From a virus: a stretch of DNA of 64,000 bases. Numbering within the stretch: position 1 is the first letter of the stretch; each line of letters starts with the position of its first letter. Below the pieces are notes generated by a model that saw only the letters and a program-made list of their open reading frames with translations, was not told where the DNA came from and searched no databases. Below are positions 1 to 11,005 of the stretch, in pieces. The DNA is taken from the IMG/VR virus record IMGVR_UViG_3300044961_000667. One strand, given 5' to 3'. The position numbers and the translations under genes are program-made.

Positions 1-436
1 CGCAGTTGCTTGCGCACCTCACGCGTACCTCCAGGTGGCCATCTCCGGCAACCGCCAGCCGCACTTCGAGCAGTAGTGCCAGTCGTGCGACGAGTCTCGC
101 TCGTGTCCGGAGGGCTCCCGCTCGACATCGCCGCCACACCGAGGGCAACTCAGGCATCCGCCCTGGACGTACTCCCGAATCTCCTCCTCGGAGAGTTCGG
201 CCTTCTCCTTCACGCACGCCTTCGTCACGCGTACTTCCTCAGTCGCTCCATGGCCTGTTCCATGGTGATTGGCCGGTCGCCGGGGAATCCGTGCTTCACC
301 CAGGACTTGGCCACCATGTCGTGGCAGCTGCCGCACGTGCCGAAACCGATGTCGCGCTCGGGATCGTGCGGCAAGTCCGTCCTGAAGCGTTGGCCACAGC
401 AGTGGCACTCCACGGTACGGTAAAGACCAGTCTCAC

Positions 437-859
437 TCATTCGCCTCTCCTTGTCGGCCACACATACGGCAGGTTGTCTGGTACGCCGGGGAACAACGGC
501 CCGTAGTGCGACGGCAGTTTCCGCACGAGGTTGCTCTGGTGGCTCCGGTGGAACTCAGGATCGCCCAGCCACGACGGAGAAGTGCCGGTGTGACGCTGCA
601 TCGTCGAGACAAACTCACCGCGGATGGTGTCGTTGTACCCTCGGGCAATCCACTCGTCGGACATGGCGAGGCCGTACGCCGCCAAGTAGCGCAGGTGGCC
701 TTCCCACATCTTGGCGGCCGGGTGGTTTCTCCAACCCTGCGTGCGTCCTTCCAACGCTCGAATCAGCTGGAGGGCCTCCACGCGTTGTTTGCCGAGGCGC
801 CTGTAGTCGAGGGCCCTGGCTGATGCTCCGAAGTCCACCAGCGGCAGGAAGGTCTGCAC
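437..859 (-). CDS. Pyrimidine-dimer DNA glycosylase / T4 endonuclease V-like (MSMEG_6728 family)
   Basis: MQTFLP...LDYRRLGKQRVEALQ...GWRNHPAAKMW...HRSHQSNL motifs. Confidence 0.85.
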   Translation of the reverse strand: MQTFLPLVDFGASARALDYRRLGKQRVEALQLIRALEGRTQGWRNHPAAKMWEGHLRYLAAYGLAMSDEWIARGYNDTIRGEFVSTMQRHTGTSPSWLGDPEFHRSHQSNLVRKLPSHYGPLFPGVPDNLPYVWPTRRGE

Positions 860-860
860 A

Positions 861-1367
861 TCAGCGCAGCTCCGGGTGCTCTTCGCAGTACTCGTCGAAG
901 TCCTGGCCTGTCTCCGGGTGGCACCAGTCGAACCAGGCGTCGTCCTTGGTCGGCTTCCCGTCGTCGTCCACGGCGCTGTCCGGCTCGTAGATCTGCAGGC
1001 CGCCGGCGTTCGAGTAGTCGGGCTTGATGCGGTGCTGCAGCTGGAACATGTCGTAGTTCGCCAGCGTGTCGATCAGCAGCTTGGCCTCACGGAGCGTCTT
1101 GACTGGGACGTGGAACGCCTTGCCTGGAACCTGGGGGATCCACCAGACCCGGAGATCTCCCTTCTTCGGCTCCGTCTTCTTCGCCTTCTTCGCCATGACG
1201 TCTCCCTTCTCCAGAAACTGCAGATGATCTCTGTCGTACGTGCGCAGCTCGGCACCGAAGCTGATCTTCACCCGCGTCTTGAGCACCCGCTGCACGGTGC
1301 CCAAGCCCCAATCGGGGTACCAACGATCGCGGACCTTCAGCCCCAGCTTGAACTCGTCGAGCCTCAC
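861..1367 (-). CDS. Protein with C-terminal domain resembling P22 gp17 superinfection-exclusion family
   Basis: LRVWWIPQVPGKAF...LANYDMFQ...IKPDYSNAGGL; may start at internal Met 1197. Confidence 0.6.
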   Translation of the reverse strand: MRLDEFKLGLKVRDRWYPDWGLGTVQRVLKTRVKISFGAELRTYDRDHLQFLEKGDVMAKKAKKTEPKKGDLRVWWIPQVPGKAFHVPVKTLREAKLLIDTLANYDMFQLQHRIKPDYSNAGGLQIYEPDSAVDDDGKPTKDDAWFDWCHPETGQDFDEYCEEHPELR

Positions 1368-2017
1368 GGCGACTGCTCCGACACCAACAACGCGACGCGG
1401 GTGGCGCCGTACAGCGCGTGCAGCTCCTCGGACTTCAACAAGTCCCAGGCGAAGACCGGTCGCTTGAGCGTCTTCATCGCAACCGCCTCCTGCTGCTCGC
1501 CCGGAAGCTGCTCGAACTCCCGACGCACCATCCTCAACAGCTCGCTCTTCGTCACAGCGCCACCTCGCTCACCTGCATCGGCCAGTACTCCAGCAAGCCC
1601 GAGCGGTACCGCTGCTCCTGCCAGAGGGCGTGCTGCTTGAGGACGGCCACCACGCGGTAGCCGGCGTACTGCGGCACCACCGTCATCGTTCCGAAGCCGT
1701 CGTACGACTCCGGGGCTCGCGTCCTGGCGAAGACGTAGTCCGCAGTCACGTCGATCTCCCGCGCTCCATCCTCGCCCGCCAGATGCTCCGCGATGGCTGC
1801 GTGGGCGTCCGACGGCTTCGCCACGGGCTCCGACCTCAGCCCATAGCCGGCGGTGAAGCCCCACTTCAACTCGACGCCTGGCGCCGGCTTGTACATGACG
1901 TCGGTGACGCCGCTGTCGGCCAGCTTCTCCACCAGCTTCTCCGTCACCTCGAAGACGATGATCTTCATCCGATTCTCCTTGCCCGCCTGGGGTGGCGGGG
2001 AGTGGTTGATTTTCAAG

Positions 2018-2046
2018 AGCATCTCACAGGACGGCGCGTTCGTCAA
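2018..2046 (-). promoter_or_regulatory. sigma70-like promoter
   Basis: TTGACG-17 nt-GATGCT, in CTCTTGACGAA context. Confidence 0.65.
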
Positions 2047-2167
2047 GAGGACAAAGCGCCATCAACTGTCGTTTTCTTCTCTCAGCAGACGCTGGCGACG
2101 ATGCCGCGCCAACGACAAGGGCTCTCGCCACTGTGTGTGGGAGAGCCCCTGCGTCGCGTTGGTGCTG

Positions 2168-3160
2168 TCAGGCTACCTTGCGGATCGGGATCACCTTGGC
2201 CAGCTTGTCGCCGTCCAGCGGGCTGCTGTCGCCGTAGACGAGCTTGCCGTCTTCCAGGGTGATGTTCGCGTGGGCTCGGAACGTCTCCTCCGCGGTTTCG
2301 ATCAGCAGCTTCTGCATCAGCATCGCATCGCCGGCGGGGACGCCGTTCGGCTGGATGCACAGACGCTCGACGATCTTCCGCGTCTGGCGGTGGATCACCT
2401 TCACGTTGCCGTGCGTGCCCTTGTCGATGCGGTACAGGCGGCCCGAAGGGGCGTCCACGAGGAAGTACCCGTGGCGCACGAGGCAGTCGGCCTGCTCGTC
2501 CGTCAGCACCTCCATCAGCAGCTTGATCGCCGTCTCCTCGGCGAGCTTCCGCTTCTGGTCCTCCGCGGCGAGGCGGGCTCGACGCTCTTCCTCCTCGCGT
2601 CGCCACCGTTCCGCCTGTTCCGCCCGGAGCTTCTTCTGCTCCTCCGACTCCACGTGCTGGATGCGCCCGCGGTAGATCGGCTGCGGCTGGCTCTGCCAGA
2701 CGCCCCAAACGGCGTCTTGTCGAGCACCACCAGTGCCCACCACCCAGGAGTCCCAGATGTCGTACGTCGTCGCCGCCGACGTCATCGTGCCGGCGGACAC
2801 CCAGGTGTTCCACACCGTCGTCGCGCTGTTGGTCGTCAACCCCGTCGTCGAGTTGTCGACCCACGTGCGCCACACCCCGGCCGTCCCGCCGGTGGGCATC
2901 GCCTGGAACGTTCCGTTGATCGATCGGACTCGCACGATCCCTGTCTCCTCTGAAGTCGGCGACGCCGTGTCGAGAACACCGTTCCCGCCGAAGAAGGCCG
3001 TCGACCGACGCGGAGCGGGCGGTGGAGTCGGCGGCGGTGGCGGCGCAACGTGCAATCGATTGCGCTTCAGCCCCTTGGCCATCTTGGCCTGGTTCAGCCT
3101 GTCGAAGACGCCTGGGCGGTAGCGCTCCTGCGCCCGCCTCAACGCAGCCGCGGAGGGCAT
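2168..3160 (-). CDS. Hypothetical protein: W/T-rich segment, coiled coil, C-terminal domain with HGNV...LCI motif
   Basis: ORF begins 1 nt after the stop of 3162-3428. Confidence 0.75.
   Translation of the reverse strand: MPSAAALRRAQERYRPGVFDRLNQAKMAKGLKRNRLHVAPPPPPTPPPAPRRSTAFFGGNGVLDTASPTSEETGIVRVRSINGTFQAMPTGGTAGVWRTWVDNSTTGLTTNSATTVWNTWVSAGTMTSAATTYDIWDSWVVGTGGARQDAVWGVWQSQPQPIYRGRIQHVESEEQKKLRAEQAERWRREEEERRARLAAEDQKRKLAEETAIKLLMEVLTDEQADCLVRHGYFLVDAPSGRLYRIDKGTHGNVKVIHRQTRKIVERLCIQPNGVPAGDAMLMQKLLIETAEETFRAHANITLEDGKLVYGDSSPLDGDKLAKVIPIRKVA
3050..3065. promoter_or_regulatory. Palindromic motif GTGCAATCGATTGCG, copy 1 of 7
   Basis: Identical 15-mer also starts at 11345, 15377, 29527, 29877, 38257, 43165. 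Confidence 0.8.
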
Positions 3161-3161
3161 G

Positions 3162-3428
3162 TCAGCCCCCGGTGACCGGCGGCGAGAGGATGATCTTCTC
3201 GGCGTTCGGGTCGAACTCCGTGATCATCTCGCCCTTGTCGCCCTTCTTGTTCACGGAGTAGGCGAGGAAGCCCTTCTTGCGAAGGCGGTTGAACTGCTCC
3301 TTCGCGTTCTCCACCTCGTCGGGGTTCTTCGGGTCCCAGATGATCTTGGTGTCGCCCGTGCCGTCGAGCACGTGCAGCATGCCCTTGATCGGCTTCCCAC
3401 CAAACGTCTCCGTCGTCAGCTCGCCCAT
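3162..3428 (-). CDS. Small protein ending IILSPPVTGG (ubiquitin/ThiS/MoaD-like tail)
   Basis: AGGAG RBS, ATG 3428, C-terminal Gly-Gly. Confidence 0.75.
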   Translation of the reverse strand: MGELTTETFGGKPIKGMLHVLDGTGDTKIIWDPKNPDEVENAKEQFNRLRKKGFLAYSVNKKGDKGEMITEFDPNAEKIILSPPVTGG

Positions 3429-6400
3429 GTCGTCTCCTGTTGCGTTGTGGTGCTTCGTCCTCTTGACAAACAACCATGCTGACCCTCCTTCGTCAAGAGG
3501 GTCAAGCTGATTTGCTTCACTCACTACCGCTGGCGGCGATGCCCCTGCTGCCTGTCAGTGCACCTTCACAGGTGTGGGAGTGAAGGGCGGCGCGTCGTCC
3601 GTCTCGGGCTCCTTGATCGAAGACTTCTCGCCCGCCAGCCCCTTCTCCAGCTCAAGCCGGATCGCTTCTTCGGTTTCTCCGCCGACGAGGAGCACCTCCA
3701 GCGTCGTCGGCAGGCCGAGGCGGCTCAGCTCGATGTGGATCGGCCGCCCCTCCAGCAGCTTCTCGCAGTTGAGCCTCGACAGGCCCAGGATCACCAGCTG
3801 CTCTCCGCTTCCGGTTGCCTTTGTCAGCACGGCCTTCAGCATTCGCTTTCCTCGTTTCCTTCTTCGGGGTTCGTTCCTTGATGACCTGCAGGCACCGCTT
3901 GCACGTCACCTGCTCTTCGTCCTCAACCAGGTTGCGACGAGAGATCCACGGCACGTCGCACACCTGGTGGCCAGTGTCTTTGTCGCGGAGGTGCTTCTTC
4001 CGAGGCGTGTACAGGAGCGCGTCCTGCTTCGACGCCCAGGTGATGTCGAGGTGGCCGCCGACATACGCGTACCCGGCCTCGTCCACCATGTCGCGGACCT
4101 TCTCAGAGATCTGCTCGGCCACGGCCTGCTCGACGTCGACCTGCTTGGCCTCATCGAGCTTGGACGGGTTCTTCATCAACAGCGTCAGCTGCAGCTTCAC
4201 CAGCATCGTCGTCCCTCACTTTCATCGAACTTCCATCACCGCCGCTCAGAGCAGCGTTTCTTGCTTCGGCTTCGCCGACTCCACCTTCCAGCACTCCGGG
4301 CAGAAGTCCTGATCGGGCTCGACGTGATGGGCGCAGTCGCGGCACATCGGCTTGTCGCAGCCCTTCCCGTCGCACAGCACCTCGTGCGGCTTCTTCTTGC
4401 AGACGAAGCATGGCCGGCGGGGGCGACCTCGGCCCCTCTTGCAGGCGATGAACACCGTCCCGTCGGGGGCTTGAATCTTCTCGCAGACCATCGGCTATTT
4501 CCTCAGGCCGACCTCCCGCTCGGCCTCTTCGAGCGACTTTCCCACCCAGTAGACCACCGAGGCTTCCCTGGCAAAAGGCGGGCTGACCGAGGTGTCCAGG
4601 GTCCACCGTCCCGTCAGGGCCTTGATGGTCCACAGGCCGTCGCCGAGGCCCCAGCAGACGGCGATGCGACGGTCCTTCCACTTCGCCACCGCGGCCCGGT
4701 GGGCGGCGTCCACCCGCTTCTTTTCGCTTTCGGAGGTCACCGTCGCGGCTTCGCCGGGAGCGCCTCCAGCACCATCGTGCCCTTCACCAGCAGCCCGTCG
4801 TGGACGAGCGCCTGCAAGGCACGCCCGACCGTTTCGGGCACGGTGAATCGCGTGGGCGCCTGGTCTCCCTCGAACTGCACCTGGACGGCGTACCTCTCGT
4901 CGAAGCCGAGCGGCGACGTCATGCTGGGGCCCAGCTTCGCCACGCCGGTGATCCGCCCACGCGCCATCTCCATGTCGTTGCCCTTGGCCGCGAGCCGCGA
5001 AGCAGCCTCCCTCATCAGGGCACGGTGGGCCACGTTGTCGACCTGCCGCTCAGCGGCTTGTTCGAGCGCCTGCGCCAACAGGCCGTTGCTGGCGTCTCGG
5101 GCCAGGCCGGCTGCGGCTTCTTCGAGCTTCCGCTCCGTCACTTCGAGCATCGCTTCTTCGTTCTTGTTCATGTCGTTTCCACCACCAGCCTGATGCTGGT
5201 CCCCAACGGGTAGTGCTTCGGAACGGTGGCCGGCACCTCCGTCTTGAAGGTGTGCTCCCCGATGCGGAAGCTCATCAGCAGCTTCCCCGACTCCATCGCG
5301 TAGCTGGTGATCTCCGCGGCGATGCGGATCTTCGGAGCATCAGGGCCAATCTGCTCCACCACCACCTGCTTCGGCTTCTCCTGCTTCTTCTCGAACGGCC
5401 ACATCACGCGAAGCGCTTCATGTGGCCCCCGTGACTGTGATCGTGCTGCCCCACGGCGTGGCTGTGTCCACGCCCGTTCTTTCTTCCGAACATCGTCATC
5501 CCTTCCGGCCAGTGTTGGCCGCCATCATCACTGCCCGCACCCACTCCACGGGCAAGCTCAACTGCGAGGCGACGTCAGACGCCGTCACCGACTCTTCCAT
5601 CTCAGCTTGCTCGCGAAGAAACGAGATCACCCGTTGCTTCGCCTGGGCTGGCACCGGGCCGATGGGCGTCTCCAGCAGCCCGCCGGCGTCCACCGAGATC
5701 ACCGGCTCAGGCGCCGCCTGGGCCGCCGGAGCCCTCACCGCCGCCGTCTTCGGCAACGGCATGCCGACCAGGCTGGCCAACAGCTGCTGGTGCTCGACCA
5801 GCAGCGGGGCGAGTTCTGCCTCCAGCACCGCGATGTCCGTCTGCGTCTGCGACAGCGTGACTCGCAGTGCGTTCAGCTTCTGCCCCAGCTCCATGATCTG
5901 AGCGCCGACCAGCGCGAAGCGTCGGGGCGCGTCCGCCGCCTGCAAGTCCTTCAGCTTCGTCTCCAGCACCTCAGTACCCATGGCAGTCCTCGCAGGTCTC
6001 GTCGTCGCAGTGCTCGGCACGCAACGGCAGGTTGATCTTCTCTCGCGGCGTGGCCGCGTCGTACTTCGCCTTCGCCTTCGCGTCCGCAGCGTCGCAGTCG
6101 TCGTGCCGGTTGCAGGTGCGCTTCTTCGGCTTCACCTCCAGCGGGACGATCAAGTTCGTCACCAGCTCCGCCCCGCAGGCCCTGCAGAACGAGGTGCCGT
6201 CAGATCGAAGGTACACCTCGTGCTTCCCCTGCCGCGCCTCGTGCGGACACGGGCTGTCGGGCTGCAGCAACGGCTTCTGCGCCTCCTTCACGAGCCGAGC
6301 GAACGTCGGCGTCAGCTCTCCCAGGAGGAACTTCCTGGCCGAGTAGCAGATGTCCTTGGTGCAGGTCTCCCACGAGCCGTTGCCGTTGGGGCCGTCGTCG

Positions 6401-8160
6401 TTGTGGTACGCCTGGTGCGTCGTCTGCGCCATCCACCGCACCATGTCGCGAGCGCCCTGATCCCACGCCGGCGGCGAAGTCTGCAGCAGCCGCTCCATCA
6501 GCGCTGGCGCTGGCGACGGCGTGTGGAGCACCAGCGGGGCCACCTTCACTCCGCCGACGTACACGCCCTGCACCGAGTTCGGGCAGTCAGGCTCGTGCCC
6601 AGTCGTCTTGCATCCGCACGGCGTCATCCGAACCTCCCCATCAAGTACCCGCCGCCCAGCCCCACCATGAAGGCCACGGCCGTCGAGAGCCACGGCAGGT
6701 GGCGACGCACCGTCAGCACCGACGGCGACACCACCTTCGTCACGACGTACTTCTTCCCGTCGTTCAACTGCAGCACGGTGCCCACTGGGACCCACGCCTC
6801 CGTGAAGCCGTGGCCCACCGTCGTGATCTCCGCCTTCGCCCACGGCCATCTCATGCGTTTTCTCTCTCTCAAAGACGCTGGCGCCGATGCCGCGGCTGGC
6901 TGATCAGCTCTCACTCTTGGGGGTTGGAGCCTGGAGCGCCGCGTTGCGCGGGCAGTACATGCAGGGCTCCGAGGTCGAGACGCAGACGGACACCCGTCCA
7001 GGATGCAGCGTCTCACCGCAGGTGCGGCACTTCTTCTTGCCATTCTTCTTGGCGCCACGGACACCGGTGCCTTCGCAGTCGGTGCAGGTAGCGAGCTGCA
7101 GGTGAGGACACTCCATGAACATCAGCGGGGCTCCCAGTGTGACTCGTTGTCGTCCTTCGTCGTCTTCACGCCGAACTTCGCCTCGCGTTGGGCGATGAGG
7201 CCGTCGTACAGCTTCAGAGCCTCGTCCTTGGTGGGCGGGCGGCCGACGCGCTTGCCGTCACCACGGACGACAGGCGGCTCGCCAACAGGCAGCTGCCCCT
7301 TCACGGGGTTGAACAGCATGCAGCGGTAGAAGCAGCCGCTGTGGCCCTGGTCGAACGAATCCGGCTTGAAGCGACCGCGATCGAAGGGGCAGGTGGCCTG
7401 CTTCGGCGGGTCGCGAGGGGAGCTTCGCCCGGCTTTGACCTGCTCCGGGAAGACGTGATCGTTCACGTCGGGGTAGCTGCGGGCGTCGTCGGTGCACAGG
7501 CCCCACGAGGCGTGCGTGTGCTTGTCGCCGATGGTGTTGCTGTCATCGAGATCGAGCGGCAGCCCAGCAGCGATGCGCCCGCGGATTCGCCGCAGCGTGT
7601 CCTGGTAGCGCCCCTCACCCATCTCCGGGTTGATGGGCGTGTCGAACACCGTGCGGCGCCTCGTGTCTTCCATGGACGTCTCCTTGTCTACCCTTTGTCG
7701 TGTTTCGTCAAGTGGTCTTGACGCAGCTTGCGGACGTGCTTGCCCACGGCATTCGTGATGTTCAGCAGCGCGTTCGCCTGGCCTCGGGCCAGGTAGTCGT
7801 CGAGACGGCTCTCCAGCTCCCAGCACGGGTTGCATCGCTGCGTGCCGTACTGATCGATGGGGATCGTCGCACCGCAGGTGGCGCAGACGAGCGTGGCGCC
7901 AGAGCACTCCGGGCACGGGCCTGTCGGCTGGCCTGGGCCTGCGTCCGGCGGCACCCGCTTCGTGTCGTTGCAGGTGACGCAGGTCACTTGAGCACCGGGA
8001 GCGCGATCGACTGGGCGGCGGCATTGCCGGCAGCCACCAAGAGCGGGGCACCGACGGGACAGAGATCGAACGGATGATCGCGGCACTGCTTGCACACGTC
8101 GAGGTGCGCGTGGAACTTCTCGATCTCCGCCTCAGCCTTCTTCTGCGCTTCATTCATGGA

Positions 8161-8820
8161 TCAGTCCTTCAGCACCTTGTTCACCTTCAGGAACAGCTCG
8201 TGCGAGTCCTTGCTCAGCTGCTCCAGCGGGGCCGGCAAGACAGGGGCGGTGAGGTACTCCATCAGCGACGCAGGGGCGTTCTTGCCGAACGGCAGGACGT
8301 GAGGATCGACCTCGACGAGCTGCTGCAGCAACACCTTGCGGTGCGTCACGACGAAGACGGCCTCCGTCTTCGTCGGCAGAGCCGAGACGAAGTCGGCGAT
8401 GGCCTTGCCCACGCCCGCGGCGTAGCGATCCGAGAGGCCGGTGTCCGGCTCGTCCCAGAACACCATGTGCGGCGTCTCCCGGCCCTGGGCCGTGCGGATG
8501 GCCGTCGAGACCGTCATCGCCGAGTTCGCCCCGGTCGAGCTGGTGTGCTCGTCGCCGTACACGAAACCGCGCATCGCCCCCATGAAGCCGCCGGCACGGC
8601 CCTCCATCGACAGGCCGATCAGCTCGATGTCGCGCTTGTCGGCCTTATTGCGGCAGTACGCGCCCACCGCACGACGGAACAGCGACTTGCCGGTGGCGTT
8701 CTCCCCGACGATGACGGCCAGCGGCGACTTGCTGGCCACCCAGCGCACGTGCAGGCCGGTCACCTCGGAGTCAAACAGCTGCCGATCCAGACACCACTTG
8801 ATGCAGTCGTTCGTCTTCAT
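8161..8820 (-). CDS. ABC/AAA-type P-loop ATPase
   Basis: Walker A GENATGKS, Walker B VFWDEPD, H-loop VVTH. Confidence 0.85.
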   Translation of the reverse strand: MKTNDCIKWCLDRQLFDSEVTGLHVRWVASKSPLAVIVGENATGKSLFRRAVGAYCRNKADKRDIELIGLSMEGRAGGFMGAMRGFVYGDEHTSSTGANSAMTVSTAIRTAQGRETPHMVFWDEPDTGLSDRYAAGVGKAIADFVSALPTKTEAVFVVTHRKVLLQQLVEVDPHVLPFGKNAPASLMEYLTAPVLPAPLEQLSKDSHELFLKVNKVLKD

Positions 8821-9168
8821 CGAGCTTCCTCCAGTGAGACGCCCTTCCTTGTCACCTTCGCCTTCATGTCGGCGGTGCCTCTCCCTCCGGGAAACGCGAC
8901 GGCAAGATCCGGCAGCCCCTCATCCAGCATCTGCTGGTTGCGACGAGGACCTGCGCTCTTCCCGAACTTTCCCAGTCGGCCTCGAAGACGCGAACGGGAA
9001 TGCCACGCTTCTTGGCCCACGCGCCGCTCAGTCGCCTGGCGCCCCTCCGTGGATCAGAAGCCCGAACGGGCGACGAGCGTGCAGTCGGTCCAGGGTTTCA
9101 TCCATCAGTCGCTCGTCCGAGAAGTCGCGACCGCCGAACACCAACACCGTGAAGACGGCAGGGCTCAT
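8817..9168 (-). pseudogene. DUF2493/YspA-like SLOG protein, two frameshifts
   Basis: VLVFGGRDF...IHGGAPG / [15 protein letters not shown] / [13 protein letters not shown]...[11 protein letters not shown] spread over different frames. Confidence 0.7.
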
Positions 9169-9931
9169 GCGGGGCGTCCACCCGGCTTCGTCAGATCCTC
9201 GGGCTTCACCAAGCTGACGAGGACGTGATTCTTCTCCTCGATGCACCGCTGCTTCTTCAGCAGCTCGATGCACGACTGGTACTGCTGCAGCGTCAACACG
9301 CCAGTGACGTAGGCGTACAGGACGCCGGACGGCACGCCTTCCGGGCCCGCTGCGTGAATCGCCTGGAAGATCGTGAGCAGCACCTTCGCCGCGGAACCAA
9401 CCTCCTCGCTCGTCACCTTCACGTGTCCTCCTTGGCCTTCTGCACGGCGGCAACCACCGAGGGCTCCGCGTCAGGATGGGCGACGAAGCGCTCATCCTTC
9501 AGACTGGGGACGCTCCAGCTGAACGACTCGGGCTTCGGGTGCTCGGTGTTCTCGCCGGTGATGCTGTAGCGGTACCACTCGCCCTTGCCGGCATCCTTCA
9601 GCGTCTTGATGAGCCACGACATCGGCTACCCCACCTTCGCGTTGCGCTTCGTCCACTCCTGCTCGTTCACCTCGACGTACCCGTTCCAGTGGGCGTCGAT
9701 GCGCTTGCGGTCGACCGCGCCGCTGTCATCCAGCAGGTCCACCCGGTGCTCGCCGAAGAGCCCACCGGAGAAGACCGCCTGCTTCGCCTGGTGGTCGAAG
9801 TCCATCCGCAACCGGAGGTCTCCGGTCCAGCGGGCCTGCACTTCGTCGTAGTGCACGTTGCCGACGTACTTCGCCTGACGGAATTCCATGTGCTGCCTCC
9901 TTGAAGTCCCCATGGGTTTGGGGATTCTTCA

Positions 9932-9960
9932 AAGCTACCAGCAGCCTACTGGTTCGTCAA
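9932..9960 (-). promoter_or_regulatory. sigma70-like promoter
   Basis: TTGACG-17-TAGCTT. Confidence 0.7.
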
Positions 9961-9976
9961 GAGGAAAACGACGGGC

Positions 9977-10933
9977 TTACAGCGACAGCTGCAGGGTCAT
10001 CTGCCCCGTGGCGATGGGCAACGTCCCGATGCGCTGGAGCAGGTAGCCGTTGACTCCCGTGATGCTGCCCGGCGGGTTCAGGCACGAGCCCTGGTTCCAG
10101 CGGCTGTACTTCCAGGCGACCAGGTTGGCCATCGTCGACGTCACCACGTACGCGGTCTGCCCGAAGACGAGCGTCTCGCCCGGCCGGTGCGTCGTCGTGT
10201 ACTTCGGCACGTTCGGATCGGAGTCGGAGCAGCCGGTGCCGCTGAAGAACCAGATCACCTCGTCGTTGACGATCATCGCCGTCCGACGCTGGTAGGTGAC
10301 GAGCACGCGGTAGGTGCCGACCTGCAACACCGTCGTCACCGTCCCGAGGGCGTTCGCCCCCGAAGAGTCGGCGTTCATCGGGTCCGGCAGCGTGTACGAG
10401 ACGACCGGGCCGATGATCGCCCCCGAGCCGTCCTGCGTGAAGAGGTGGTTCGGCCCGGCGGGACCTGCAGGACCAACAGGCCCCTGCGGACCAGTCGCGC
10501 CAGTCGCGCCCGTTGCGCCGGTCGCTCCCGTTGCGCCGGTGGCCCCGGTTGCTCCAGTCGCCCCGGTTGCTCCAGTCGGGCCAACATCACCGCGGGGGCC
10601 AGTCGCTCCGGGCATTCCGGGCGGCCCCTGCAGCCCCATCGGGCCCTGCACGCCCTGGATGCCCTGCGGCCCCTGCTGCCCCGGCGCCCCGTCGAGACCA
10701 GGAGGCCCCTGCAGGCCCTGCGGTCCCTGTGGACCGACTTCTCCGCGTGGCCCCTGCGGACCGGCGTCCCCCTGCGGACCTCGCGGCCCCTGCGGGCCCT
10801 GTGGGCCGGCGGGACCAGTCGGCCCCACCTCACAGGCGGGGCTGCACGACGCGTCTTCTGCGACCGGCGTCAGCTGCTGACACCCAACCAACATCGACAC
10901 TGCCAGACATGCGAATGCGATCTGCCGTTTCAT
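9977..10933 (-). CDS. Collagen-like (Gly-X-Y) lipoprotein
   Basis: Signal peptide with lipobox LVGC; long G-X-Y run including tandem GAT repeats; globular C-terminus. Confidence 0.85.
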   Translation of the reverse strand: MKRQIAFACLAVSMLVGCQQLTPVAEDASCSPACEVGPTGPAGPQGPQGPRGPQGDAGPQGPRGEVGPQGPQGLQGPPGLDGAPGQQGPQGIQGVQGPMGLQGPPGMPGATGPRGDVGPTGATGATGATGATGATGATGATGATGATGPQGPVGPAGPAGPNHLFTQDGSGAIIGPVVSYTLPDPMNADSSGANALGTVTTVLQVGTYRVLVTYQRRTAMIVNDEVIWFFSGTGCSDSDPNVPKYTTTHRPGETLVFGQTAYVVTSTMANLVAWKYSRWNQGSCLNPPGSITGVNGYLLQRIGTLPIATGQMTLQLSL

Positions 10934-10975
10934 GGTGTGGCCTCCTTTGGATCCCAAGTTCTTTGGGATGCTTAG

Positions 10976-11005
10976 AAACTAGCAGCAGTCCTCTCCGTTC
11001 GTCAA
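10976..11005 (-). promoter_or_regulatory. sigma70-like promoter
   Basis: TTGACG-18-TAGTTT. Confidence 0.7.

Noticed and set aside
10490..10580. Short tandem repeat resembling a CRISPR array or VNTR
   Set aside because: Degenerate 9-bp units encoding Gly-Ala-Thr collagen repeats; no CRISPR array or cas gene seen in the window
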